Shown here piece after piece: positions 1 to 7,908 of a stretch of 30,295 bases of DNA; within the stretch, counting starts at the first letter, position 1; each line of letters opens with the position of its first letter. The notes under the pieces are model-generated. The model saw only the letters and a list, made by a program, of their open reading frames with translations. It searched no databases and was not told the DNA's origin. The DNA comes from Bacteroidota bacterium (GTDB taxonomy: Bacteria > Bacteroidota > Bacteroidia > AKYH767-A > 2013-40CM-41-45), in assembly GCA_046090385.1 (NCBI GenBank), contig JBJSZR010000602.1, forward strand, positions 1 to 30,295, given 5' to 3'. A program made the position numbers and the translations under genes.

Positions 1-314
1 GGTTCGTCCGATAAAAGTTCAAATCCTAATGAGCGAAGACGTTCCATCGCAGCGCGTATGTCCTCTACCTCAAAGGCTACATGGTGGATTCCCTCGCCTT
101 TGCGCTCAATGAATTTCGAAATAGGGCTTGCGGGATCGGTGGCTTCCAGCAATTCTATTTTCGATTCACCTACTTTGAAAAAGGATGTGATCACTTTTTC
201 CCGTTCCACAGTCTCGGACTTGTAGGGTGCTATGCCCAGTAAAGCTTCGAAAAGGCTGTTGGCTGAAGCGAGCTCTTTTACGGCTATACCCAGATGTTCT
301 ATACGTATCATCAT
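1..314 (-). CDS. mce: Methylmalonyl-CoA epimerase (VOC/glyoxalase superfamily), 3' end runs off the window
   Basis: Not in the ORF track. Hand translation of the minus strand from ATG at 314 (or 311) gives MMIRIEHLGIAVKELASANSLFEALLG...KIELLEATDPASPISKFIERKGEGIHHVAFEVEDI..., with the EHxGIAV, IELLE and GEGIHHVAF metal-binding motifs. The frame is open to the window edge. Confidence 0.93.
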   Translation of the reverse strand, partial: MMIRIEHLGIAVKELASANSLFEALLGIAPYKSETVEREKVITSFFKVGESKIELLEATDPASPISKFIERKGEGIHHVAFEVEDIRAAMERLRSLGFELLSDE

Positions 315-340
315 GACCTGTGAAGATTGGCGGAAAGCTA

Positions 341-2356
341 TCAGACTTCCAGCAGGATTTTTGGCAAAGAAACATAAAAGGATGTTCCCTTGCCGGCGGA
401 TGTCTCGAATCGGATGGATCCACCCATCTTTTCGAGCGCATTCTTGACAACGAACAATCCAAGTCCGGAACCATCCGATTCCTGGTGGCCACGATAGAAC
501 ATATCGAAAATACGTGGCCGTATCGATTCCGGAATACCCTCCCCGTTGTCAGTAACCTCGAGCTCGATGTGCGTAGCGAGTTCACGGGCTGCAATACGGA
601 TCCGCGGTTCGGTTCTACTGCAGTAATTGATGGAATTATGTACGAGATTTTTCAAAACAGATTGAAGCAAGACTCTATCTGTCTGCACTTCCGTATCCTC
701 ATCGATAAGGATATCGAATCGGATTTTAGGAAACTTAGGAAGATGTTCCAGCTCTGCGAGGATCCTGTCGAGAAAACTTCTCAATCCTATAGAGCTTACC
801 TTGCTCGCTCCCTTGCGTGTCCGTGCCAGCTCTATAAGCTCCATCAATGTCCGATCAAGCCGTTGGGCACTGGACTCGATCATACTGAAATAACGCGAGA
901 TTTGAGGATCATCAGTGTCCATCTGACCCAAGTGCACGACACCAAGCATACTGGCAATGGGTCCCTTCAAGTCATGTGAAGCCTTGTAGAAAAAAGTATC
1001 AAGCTCCTGATATGCCTCGCGAAGCTCCTTTTCGGTTGATTTACGCTCAGTGATATCGGCCTGTACGCCCCAGGTCCTGATGAGGCGACCATTTTCAATG
1101 ATCCCAATATTGTTGTTGAGCATATAGCGGACATTGCCTTCGCGGTCATGTTCTTTTGACTCCGAATTACTGATACGATAACCGGACATGACATAATGCC
1201 TGAGCATGGCGTGAACTTTTTCGCGATCCGAATCGGAATCGTACAGATAAAAATCCCTGAGCGGTTTTCCGATAAGGTCTTTTGATTCGTAATAGCCGTA
1301 CAACCTGGCCATGAAGTCATTGCACTCGGTGATGATACCCGATTCAAGCAGGCGTTCCACTTGTTGGTCGATAGGCATGTTCACTTGTACAGGTTGGAGA
1401 TAATCGATCCGCCAGATCCCGATTGCGCTCTGGTCGATGAAGGTCCTGTATCCCTCTTCCCGTTTCTTCAGCAGTTCCTGTGTCTGCTTGAGTGAAGAGA
1501 TATCAGTGAACACCAACATGGTACCGCTCCTGCTTCCATTTTCGTCAAGATACGGCGCCCCGTTCACACGAATGGAGAGGGATGATCCGGAAGCAGGCGC
1601 TATATGGAATTCAGCCCGTGAATTCTCTCCTGAGTCCAATTTCCCGAAAAAGTCTTTCGCCGACGCATCAGGTACAAGTTCGCGTATATCCTTTCCTTTC
1701 AGTTGGCTTTTCGAATATCCGCTGATACGGCAGAACTGTTCGCTTACGGAAACGATCTTCCAATCCGAATCGGCGTAGATAAGTCCGTCGTTCATGTGTT
1801 CAACGAGAGCAGAAAATCTGTTTTCCTGATTGGCTATCTCACGGTGGAACTCCCTTTTACGCTTTTGGATCTGGTCTGAAAGAAGCGCACCTGAATACAA
1901 GGTGATGATCGCAACGGTATATTGAGGCTCCCATCCGCGTTTCACCAACATCAAGACAAGCATGAGCGTTGTAAGGAAGAAAATGAATGCGACAGATTTA
2001 AAAACACGATCGAATACGAGAGAGAAAGTGAATATCGAGATAGCGACAGGAAGCAACACCATGATTTCGAAATCTCGCTGGTACGCGACAAAAACCGCCC
2101 ATACATGCAAAACAGCGATGGTGAAATCGGTCACGGTATGAAAATGTCGTTTTACCGCATTGTTGTAGTAGGAAAGTAGAAAATTGATCGTGAGCCCCAT
2201 TGATACGATCAAGCCTGTCAACAGTATCCAACCATCATGATATAAGAACTCGAATAGGAATCCGAGTGCCGTCACCACCAATGCAGCAAACACCGTGAGA
2301 TAACGGAGATTCTGCAGTTGTTGCGACTTCAATTTATCCTGAAAACTGTAAATCAT
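341..2356 (-). CDS. Membrane-bound PAS-PAS sensor histidine kinase (671 aa)
   Basis: About 5 hydrophobic N-terminal helices and two PAS-like segments. Kinase motifs: H-box ASHDLKGP, N-box NLVHNSINY, D/G1 DNGEGI, G2 GSGLGL. Confidence 0.93.
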   Translation of the reverse strand: MIYSFQDKLKSQQLQNLRYLTVFAALVVTALGFLFEFLYHDGWILLTGLIVSMGLTINFLLSYYNNAVKRHFHTVTDFTIAVLHVWAVFVAYQRDFEIMVLLPVAISIFTFSLVFDRVFKSVAFIFFLTTLMLVLMLVKRGWEPQYTVAIITLYSGALLSDQIQKRKREFHREIANQENRFSALVEHMNDGLIYADSDWKIVSVSEQFCRISGYSKSQLKGKDIRELVPDASAKDFFGKLDSGENSRAEFHIAPASGSSLSIRVNGAPYLDENGSRSGTMLVFTDISSLKQTQELLKKREEGYRTFIDQSAIGIWRIDYLQPVQVNMPIDQQVERLLESGIITECNDFMARLYGYYESKDLIGKPLRDFYLYDSDSDREKVHAMLRHYVMSGYRISNSESKEHDREGNVRYMLNNNIGIIENGRLIRTWGVQADITERKSTEKELREAYQELDTFFYKASHDLKGPIASMLGVVHLGQMDTDDPQISRYFSMIESSAQRLDRTLMELIELARTRKGASKVSSIGLRSFLDRILAELEHLPKFPKIRFDILIDEDTEVQTDRVLLQSVLKNLVHNSINYCSRTEPRIRIAARELATHIELEVTDNGEGIPESIRPRIFDMFYRGHQESDGSGLGLFVVKNALEKMGGSIRFETSAGKGTSFYVSLPKILLEV

Positions 2357-2722
2357 GAGCGGATGTGCATCGTTATACGCTCATCATCGGTGAAAAGGAT
2401 ACGATTACAACCATCCTGAAGGTCAAAAAGTGGATGATACACTCGAGGATACAGCTCCGATGCGTTGACGTTCAATCTGCCAACATCATGTTGATAATGC
2501 AAGATCACTAAGCATACGAATGCAGTATTCACAAAAGAAAAAAGAAGCGAATAAAATCATCAATGTGCTGAACACGGCTACTGATGGGATGTTCAGAGCG
2601 TCGAAGAACTCTGTGACAATCGATTGATGCATGCTTCGATGCTCGAAAAGATGATTCACGTAATCAACAATCCGATGTGAAAAAAAAATAAGGTGTATGA
2701 AGTGTAACCTTTTTTTATTTAC

Positions 2723-2730
2723 TATGTTTG
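2723..2730 (+). promoter_or_regulatory. Bacteroidota housekeeping-sigma -7 box (TATGTTTG) for the micropeptide gene
   Basis: Exact match to TAnnTTTG, 31 nt upstream of the ATG at 2762. No clear -33 TTTG. Confidence 0.6.
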
Positions 2731-2761
2731 AATAGTCATAACAATCAAAAAACCAACAACA

Positions 2762-2836
2762 ATGGCAAAAGCAAAGAAAGCTGCTAAGAAAAAAGTAGCT
2801 AAGAAAGCTAAGAAAGCTGCTAAGAAGAAGAAGTAA
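2762..2836 (+). CDS. 24-aa Lys/Ala-rich basic micropeptide (histone H1-tail-like), MAKAKKAAKKKVAKKAKKAAKKKK
   Basis: ATG 2762 to TAA 2834-2836, hand translated: 14 Lys, 8 Ala, 1 Val, 1 Met. It has an A-rich leader (ACAATCAAAAAACCAACAACA), an upstream TAnnTTTG box and a downstream terminator. It is below the ORF-track size cut-off. Confidence 0.8.
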   Translation: MAKAKKAAKKKVAKKAKKAAKKKK

Positions 2837-2870
2837 TCTTAGCGCTTCACCGTTCTAGCAGCGGTCAGCG

Positions 2871-2901
2871 AAATCCCCCGATGAATCATCGGGGGATTTT
2901 T
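2871..2901 (+). terminator. Intrinsic terminator downstream of the micropeptide gene
   Basis: Perfect 13-bp inverted repeat AAATCCCCCGATG / CATCGGGGGATTT with a 3-nt loop, ending in TTTTT. Confidence 0.85.
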
Positions 2902-2927
2902 CATTTGTAATCATACTTGAAATCTGC

Positions 2928-3959
2928 ATGGAATCAACTGCAAAATGGAACCTGAAGCCCCTAAGGCTTCCTTTACGGTATACATGGAAAATATCCAGGA
3001 ATGCTACGGATGAGAAGACGAACCTCATCGTGTCCTACTCCGAAAATGGCAGAACCGGTTACGGAGAAGCGGCTCCCAACATCCGGTATGATGAAACACC
3101 GGAGATGCTGACCGATCAATTTGAAAAACTGCTTTACAAACTTGAACAGGGCGTAGTCGATGTCCACCGGCTACATGAAACATTTGAAAAGGAAGGAACA
3201 GCCTATGCTCTACGTTTCGCCATCGAATCGGCCTGGTTGCATCAACAACACCGTTGCGAAAGGGAGAGTCTTCAGAAATATCTTGAGGTTTCTTATCGTA
3301 ACGAAGTACCTACTTCTTACACCATTCCGATCATGGAACCAGGACTTGTCAGAGAATTCTATGAAAAGCAACGATTGGAACGCTTTGAGTCGATAAAACT
3401 CAAAATAGACCGGGATTCTGCTGCTGATCTCCTGCATGAACTCATCTCCTGCGATCCCGGAAAGATCCTGCTCGATGCGAACGAGGCGTTCACCGATGTA
3501 GAAGATTGTATTCGTTTCCTTGAAAGCATACGACGTATCCCACTTGAGTTGGTGGAGCAACCGCTACCAAGCAGACTGATGGACGAAGCTGTTTACTTGA
3601 AAAAATACTCTCCGTTCAAGCTGTTTGCCGATGAAGCGGTGACTCACGATCCGGATATGGATCATGTGGTTGCCGCGTATCACGGCATCAATATGAAACT
3701 GATGAAGACGGGGGGCTACCTACAGGGAGTCAGGATACTGAAAGAGGCCCGTAAAAGAGGACTTCGGACAATGATCGGTTGCATGGTAGAAACCACACTT
3801 GGGATCTCGTCCGCGCTAACGCTGACGGGACTTGCTGATTACACGGACCTGGACAGTTTTCTTTTGCTGAAAGAGGAGCCCTTCCGCATTTTGCAGGAAA
3901 AAAGCGGGAAGCTGACTTTCCAAAACCCGCAAATGCAGGGAATGATCGAACTTGACTGA
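2928..3959 (+). CDS. Dipeptide (L-Ala-D/L-Glu-type) epimerase, enolase superfamily MLE subgroup
   Basis: KLK catalytic motif, metal ligands DANE / EQP / ADE, second Lys in MKLMKTGG, plus MIGCMVET and DLD motifs. N-terminal ISRN resembles the substrate-binding Arg loop. Confidence 0.85.
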   Translation: MESTAKWNLKPLRLPLRYTWKISRNATDEKTNLIVSYSENGRTGYGEAAPNIRYDETPEMLTDQFEKLLYKLEQGVVDVHRLHETFEKEGTAYALRFAIESAWLHQQHRCERESLQKYLEVSYRNEVPTSYTIPIMEPGLVREFYEKQRLERFESIKLKIDRDSAADLLHELISCDPGKILLDANEAFTDVEDCIRFLESIRRIPLELVEQPLPSRLMDEAVYLKKYSPFKLFADEAVTHDPDMDHVVAAYHGINMKLMKTGGYLQGVRILKEARKRGLRTMIGCMVETTLGISSALTLTGLADYTDLDSFLLLKEEPFRILQEKSGKLTFQNPQMQGMIELD

Positions 3960-3964
3960 TACTT

Positions 3965-5710
3965 TCAGCGAGAAACTGAAATGCCCAACTCCTTCAACTG
4001 TTCGTTACTGATTTCAGAAGGCGACTCGATCATCACGTCGCGTCCGGAGTTATTCTTTGGGAACGCTATATAATCACGTATCGAATCGGCACCACCGAAC
4101 AATGAACAAAGCCGGTCGAAACCGAATGCGATACCGGCATGAGGTGGAGCACCGAACTCGAAAGCATTCATAAGGAAACCGAATTGCCGTTGTGCCTCTT
4201 CGCGAGAGAATCCTAGTACTTCGAACATTTTTTGCTGGAGATCCTTGTCATAGATCCTCACGGATCCGCCTCCTACTTCGACACCATTGATGACCATATC
4301 GTAGGCGTTGGCACGTACAGATCCAGGATCCTTCTCGAGTTTGTCAAAGTCATCCGGTTTGGGCGATGTGAAAGGGTGATGCATGGCGTGCCAGCGGGAT
4401 GTCTCCTCACTCCATTCCAGCAATGGAAAATCAACCACCCACAAGCACTTATAACTGCCTTTGTCTCGCAAACCCAACCTGTCGCCCATCTCAAGACGCA
4501 ATTCACTCATGGCTTTGCGGGTCTTAGACTGAGCGCCCGCAAGTATCAATAACAAGTCGCCCGGACTGGCGCCACAATGATCCATCCATTTCTTAAGGGC
4601 ATCGTGGTCATAAAACTTATCGACTGACGATTTCAAAGAACCGTCAATGCTGTAACGCGCATATACGAGTCCGCTCATACCGATCTGAGGGCGCTTGACC
4701 CATTCCGTCAACTCGTCCAACTGTTTGCGTGTATATTCCGAACAACCTTTGACACAGATGGCAACTACAAGTCCTGCTTCATCGAAAACTTTGAAGCCTT
4801 TGCCACCCACAACTGCCGCCATGTCATGCAATTTCATATCGAAACGGATATCAGGTTTATCGTTACCGTAGCTTGACATCGCCTCTGCATACGTCATGCG
4901 AGGCAGTTCGCCGATATCGACGCCTTTTACTTCGGTAAAAAGATGACGCATCATGCCCTCGAATGTCTGAAGGATGTCTTCCTGCGTGACGAAGCTCATC
5001 TCACAATCTATTTGCGTGAACTCTGGCTGACGGTCGGCACGCAGATCTTCGTCGCGAAAACATTTGACAATCTGATAATACCGATCCATTCCGGCAACCA
5101 TCAATAATTGCTTGAACGTCTGAGGTGATTGGGGCAAAGCGTAGAATTCGCCCTGATTCATGCGTGACGGAACAACGAAATCGCGTGCGCCTTCGGGAGT
5201 GGACTTGATGAGTACTGGTGTTTCCACCTCTACGAAATCCTGCTTTCCAAGATATTCACGGGTTGCGGCCGCTACACGTGCACGCAACAGCAGCGCATCT
5301 CTTACGGGAGCGCGACGTATATCCAGATAACGGTATTTCATCCTGATATCATCACCACCATCCGTATTGGTTTCAATGGTGAATGGGGGAAGCAGGGCTT
5401 TATTCAGTATGTCAAACGAGGAAACGATGATTTCAATATCACCGGTGAATAGCTTGGGGTTCTTACTGGCACGTTCAGTGACGGTTCCTTCCACTTTCAA
5501 TACGAATTCCCTACCCAACTGACGAGCGGATTGGCAGAGTGTGGCATCCCTTTCCATATCGAATACCAATTGAGTGATTCCGTAACGGTCGCGAAGATCG
5601 ACGAAGGTCATGCCACCGAGATCGCGCGATCGCTGCAACCAGCCGCACAACACAACTTTTTTACCGATGTCACGAATGGACAATTCCCCGCAAGTATGGC
5701 TTCTAAACAT
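3965..5710 (-). CDS. aspS: Aspartate--tRNA ligase (581 aa)
   Basis: Starts at [10 protein letters not shown]. Contains [54 protein letters not shown] and [14 protein letters not shown]. The ORF-track extension to 5830 overlaps tadA and a promoter box, so it was trimmed. Confidence 0.98.
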   Translation of the reverse strand: MFRSHTCGELSIRDIGKKVVLCGWLQRSRDLGGMTFVDLRDRYGITQLVFDMERDATLCQSARQLGREFVLKVEGTVTERASKNPKLFTGDIEIIVSSFDILNKALLPPFTIETNTDGGDDIRMKYRYLDIRRAPVRDALLLRARVAAATREYLGKQDFVEVETPVLIKSTPEGARDFVVPSRMNQGEFYALPQSPQTFKQLLMVAGMDRYYQIVKCFRDEDLRADRQPEFTQIDCEMSFVTQEDILQTFEGMMRHLFTEVKGVDIGELPRMTYAEAMSSYGNDKPDIRFDMKLHDMAAVVGGKGFKVFDEAGLVVAICVKGCSEYTRKQLDELTEWVKRPQIGMSGLVYARYSIDGSLKSSVDKFYDHDALKKWMDHCGASPGDLLLILAGAQSKTRKAMSELRLEMGDRLGLRDKGSYKCLWVVDFPLLEWSEETSRWHAMHHPFTSPKPDDFDKLEKDPGSVRANAYDMVINGVEVGGGSVRIYDKDLQQKMFEVLGFSREEAQRQFGFLMNAFEFGAPPHAGIAFGFDRLCSLFGGADSIRDYIAFPKNNSGRDVMIESPSEISNEQLKELGISVSR

Positions 5711-5729
5711 GATTCCAGAGTTATAGACG

Positions 5730-5737
5730 CAAAAATA
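5730..5737 (-). promoter_or_regulatory. -7 box (TATTTTTG) for aspS
   Basis: Exact TAnnTTTG match on the minus strand, 19 nt upstream of the ATG at 5710. Confidence 0.6.
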
Positions 5738-5808
5738 GCAATCCTGACGCGGATGCTGAAGGTCAAAAACGTCACTAGTATGATTGTACGGATTATTTTT
5801 ACAGCCTG

Positions 5809-6258
5809 ATGGAATCCCAACTTCATTCACACGAGCATTTCATGCGCGAAGCTTTCAAAGAGGCCATGAGGGCTTTTGAGGCCGACGAAGTGCCGGTCGG
5901 CGCTGTGATCGTATGTGAAAACAGAATCATTGCAAGAGGACACAATCTTACCGAACGGTTGAACGACCCTACTGCGCATGCAGAAATGCAGGCATTCACG
6001 GCAGCAACCAACCATTTGGGCGGTAAATATCTCGACAGTTGCACGTTGTACGTGACTTTGGAACCCTGTGTAATGTGTGCAGGCGCATCGTTCTGGACAC
6101 AGATTGGCGCAGTCGTTTATGGGGCAAGGGACGAGAAACGCGGATTCATCGGCGTTTCAGGAAAAATAATGCACCCGAAGACAGCTGTGACCGGAGGAAT
6201 CATGGAATCGGAGTGCAGCTCATTGCTGAAGCAGTTTTTCAAAAAGAAAAGGAACTGA
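5809..6258 (+). CDS. tadA: tRNA adenosine(34) deaminase / nucleoside deaminase
   Basis: [15 protein letters not shown] (HAE zinc motif), TLEPCVMC (PCxxC) and C-terminal [10 protein letters not shown] typical of TadA. Confidence 0.88.
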   Translation: MESQLHSHEHFMREAFKEAMRAFEADEVPVGAVIVCENRIIARGHNLTERLNDPTAHAEMQAFTAATNHLGGKYLDSCTLYVTLEPCVMCAGASFWTQIGAVVYGARDEKRGFIGVSGKIMHPKTAVTGGIMESECSSLLKQFFKKKRN

Positions 6259-6262
6259 GCGA

Positions 6263-6661
6263 TCAGATATTGATTGCATCAAGAACCGATTTGTTCATCG
6301 GCTTGTTCAGGAACTTATAGACGTACGGGCTCTGATTGGCTCTGTTAAGGTCTTTGAAACTCTCCGTCGTAGAGAGCATGACGATTTTACAATATTTCCG
6401 GATATCCTCGGGCAACTTGGCGAACTCATCAAGGAAGCCGAAGCCATCCATGCCGGGCATCATGATATCCAGGAAAATGATCCTGGGAAGTCGGGATGCG
6501 TCACCGGAACGCTTTTTCAGATCATCGAGTGCATTCACCGCGGAGGTATGAATAAGGATTTCCGAGGAGAAGGATTCGGTTTCAAGGAGCTTTTTATTGA
6601 TGAAATTATCCAGCTCATTGTCGTCAACCAACATGATCATCGGATAGCGGGAAGTACTCAT
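6263..6661 (-). CDS. Single-domain (CheY-like) response regulator, 132 aa
   Basis: Acidic pair LVDD, phospho-acceptor FLDIMMPGMDG, MLST and KP. There is no output domain. The start was moved to MSTSRY (6661) because the ORF-track extension runs through a terminator. Confidence 0.92.
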   Translation of the reverse strand: MSTSRYPMIMLVDDNELDNFINKKLLETESFSSEILIHTSAVNALDDLKKRSGDASRLPRIIFLDIMMPGMDGFGFLDEFAKLPEDIRKYCKIVMLSTTESFKDLNRANQSPYVYKFLNKPMNKSVLDAINI

Positions 6662-6748
6662 GACGTGTCTTGGTTTTACCCTTATTGCGGTACCGAATGT
6701 AGTGTATAGTTGACTAACAAAAAAGAGTACAGGCTCTTCCCAAATGAA

Positions 6749-6776
6749 GAGAGGCCATCCTGACGGATGGCCTCTC
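6749..6776 (-). terminator. Intrinsic terminator for the small T9SS-B gene
   Basis: Perfect 12-bp stem GAGAGGCCATCC / GGATGGCCTCTC with a 4-nt loop, followed on the minus strand by TTCATTT. A smaller second hairpin (AAGAG/CTCTT plus T-run) lies at about 6719-6738. Confidence 0.75.
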
Positions 6777-6797
6777 CGTGATACGTGTGTTATCACA

Positions 6798-7259
6798 TCA
6801 TCGGACCACGGTTACTGCACCGGTCCTTGCACGTCGCCCCATGGCTTCGCTAGTCACTTGATATACATATGTACCTTGTTGTACAGGTCTGCCCAGGTAA
6901 TTGCCATCCCACGTCCTGGTCGGATCATCTGATTCGAAAATCACTTCACCCCACCGGTCGAAAATGCGCATCGAAAAATTCAATATCCCTTCGCCCTTTA
7001 CACCGAAACGGTCATTTATGCCATCACCGTTGGGAGTGAATGCATTGGGTATGTAAATCTGTTGTTGCGGCGTGACCTCAGCATGGTTCGACTGACTAGT
7101 GACAGCGGTCTCGCCCCTTTTGTAGGCCGTGACTCGATAGACTTTGTTTGGAAGCACGTCTTGCGCCATTGCAGTATAGGCTGCAATGACCCATAAAACA
7201 AGCAGCAATACGAGAAGTCGCTTGGATGACCGGGAAGTTTGTGTGTTCAGCTGATGCAT
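6798..7259 (-). CDS. Small secreted protein with a T9SS type-B ('gliding motility-associated') C-terminal domain
   Basis: Signal peptide ending AMA|Q. CTD-B motifs YIPNAFTPNGDGINDRF, IFDRWGEVIF and WDG...GTYVYQV. Start is ATG 7259 or GTG 7265. Confidence 0.88.
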   Translation of the reverse strand: MHQLNTQTSRSSKRLLVLLLVLWVIAAYTAMAQDVLPNKVYRVTAYKRGETAVTSQSNHAEVTPQQQIYIPNAFTPNGDGINDRFGVKGEGILNFSMRIFDRWGEVIFESDDPTRTWDGNYLGRPVQQGTYVYQVTSEAMGRRARTGAVTVVR

Positions 7260-7408
7260 ACTCACAAATTAGCTTTGAACACCTCGCACGTTTGACGTAA
7301 ATGACCGATTCCTTTGACGATGTAAGAAAATGAACTTTTTAAGCTCGATTATGTTTTGATATTCAACCGAAAAACGAGGAATTCATGCAGGTCGACACCT
7401 TTCTTCCG

Positions 7409-7416
7409 TATTTTTG
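7409..7416 (+). promoter_or_regulatory. -7 box (TATTTTTG) for the bacilliredoxin gene
   Basis: Exact TAnnTTTG match 21 nt upstream of ATG 7438. It overlaps the ORF-track TTG start at 7414, which argues against that start. Confidence 0.6.
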
Positions 7417-7437
7417 CGGTGTAAACAATTCATCATC

Positions 7438-7854
7438 ATGCCTTATCCTGAATACATCTGCACCCCTATGCGCCAGGAGCTGACCAATGTCGGTTTCCAG
7501 GAGTTACGCACGCCTGAAGACGTGGATGAGAACATCCCTTCTTCGAGTGGAACTGCTTTGTTGGTACTTAATTCGGTTTGCGGTTGTGCCGCCGGCACGG
7601 CTCGTCCGGGAGTCAAGCTATCCCTGCACCACACTAAAAAGCCTGCTCACCTGTTTACAGTTTTCGCCGGGCAAGACATGGAAGCCACTGCACAAGCGCG
7701 TAAATACACCTTGCCATATCCTCCTTCTTCGCCTTGCATTGCATTGTTCAAAGACGGGAAGCTGGTTCATTTCATTGAGCGTCATCATATCGAGGGCCGC
7801 TCTGCTGAAATGATTGCTGAGAACCTGAAAATGGCCTTCGACGAATATTGTTGA
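7438..7854 (+). CDS. BrxA/BrxB-family bacilliredoxin (YphP/YqiW, DUF1094), 138 aa
   Basis: MPYPE...MRQELT N-terminus, NSVCGCAAGTARPG (CGC motif) and SSPCIALFKDG. Confidence 0.9.
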   Translation: MPYPEYICTPMRQELTNVGFQELRTPEDVDENIPSSSGTALLVLNSVCGCAAGTARPGVKLSLHHTKKPAHLFTVFAGQDMEATAQARKYTLPYPPSSPCIALFKDGKLVHFIERHHIEGRSAEMIAENLKMAFDEYC

Positions 7855-7860
7855 ACGCAT

Positions 7861-7908
7861 AAATGAAAAAACAAAGAGGGCCCGTCGATTGCGGGTCCTT
7901 TTTCATTT
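7861..7908. terminator. Bidirectional terminator between the convergent brx and plsC-like genes
   Basis: Inner stem AGGGCCCG / CGGGTCCT (one G-U pair), flanked by the complementary arms AAATGAAAAA and TTTTTCATTT. Confidence 0.7.

Noticed and set aside
320-979. 219-aa plus-strand ORF, and other long shadow ORFs (e.g. 19536-20324, 12728-13270, 166-594)
   Set aside because: They are antisense or out-of-frame overlaps of well-supported genes, with no recognisable motifs.
2355-2384. 7-bp inverted repeat (ATGAGCG/CGCTCAT) covering the kinase start codon
   Set aside because: It is short with a 16-nt loop and plausible by chance. There is no other evidence for translational control.
2762-2836. AAGAAAGCT-type repeats as a microsatellite or CRISPR-like array
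   Set aside because: The repeats are in-frame Lys/Ala codons bounded by ATG and TAA, with no spacers or cas genes.
5711-5830. N-terminal extension of aspS, and similar extensions of the response regulator, brx, yceD, accC, LtaS-like, GH97 and lipoprotein ORFs
   Set aside because: They run through promoter boxes, terminators or neighbouring genes. Family N-termini match the downstream ATGs.
7274-7319. Direct repeat TTTGACG (7291 and 7313) in a divergent promoter region
   Set aside because: A repeated 7-mer is expected by chance in an interval of this size, and no regulator is linked.
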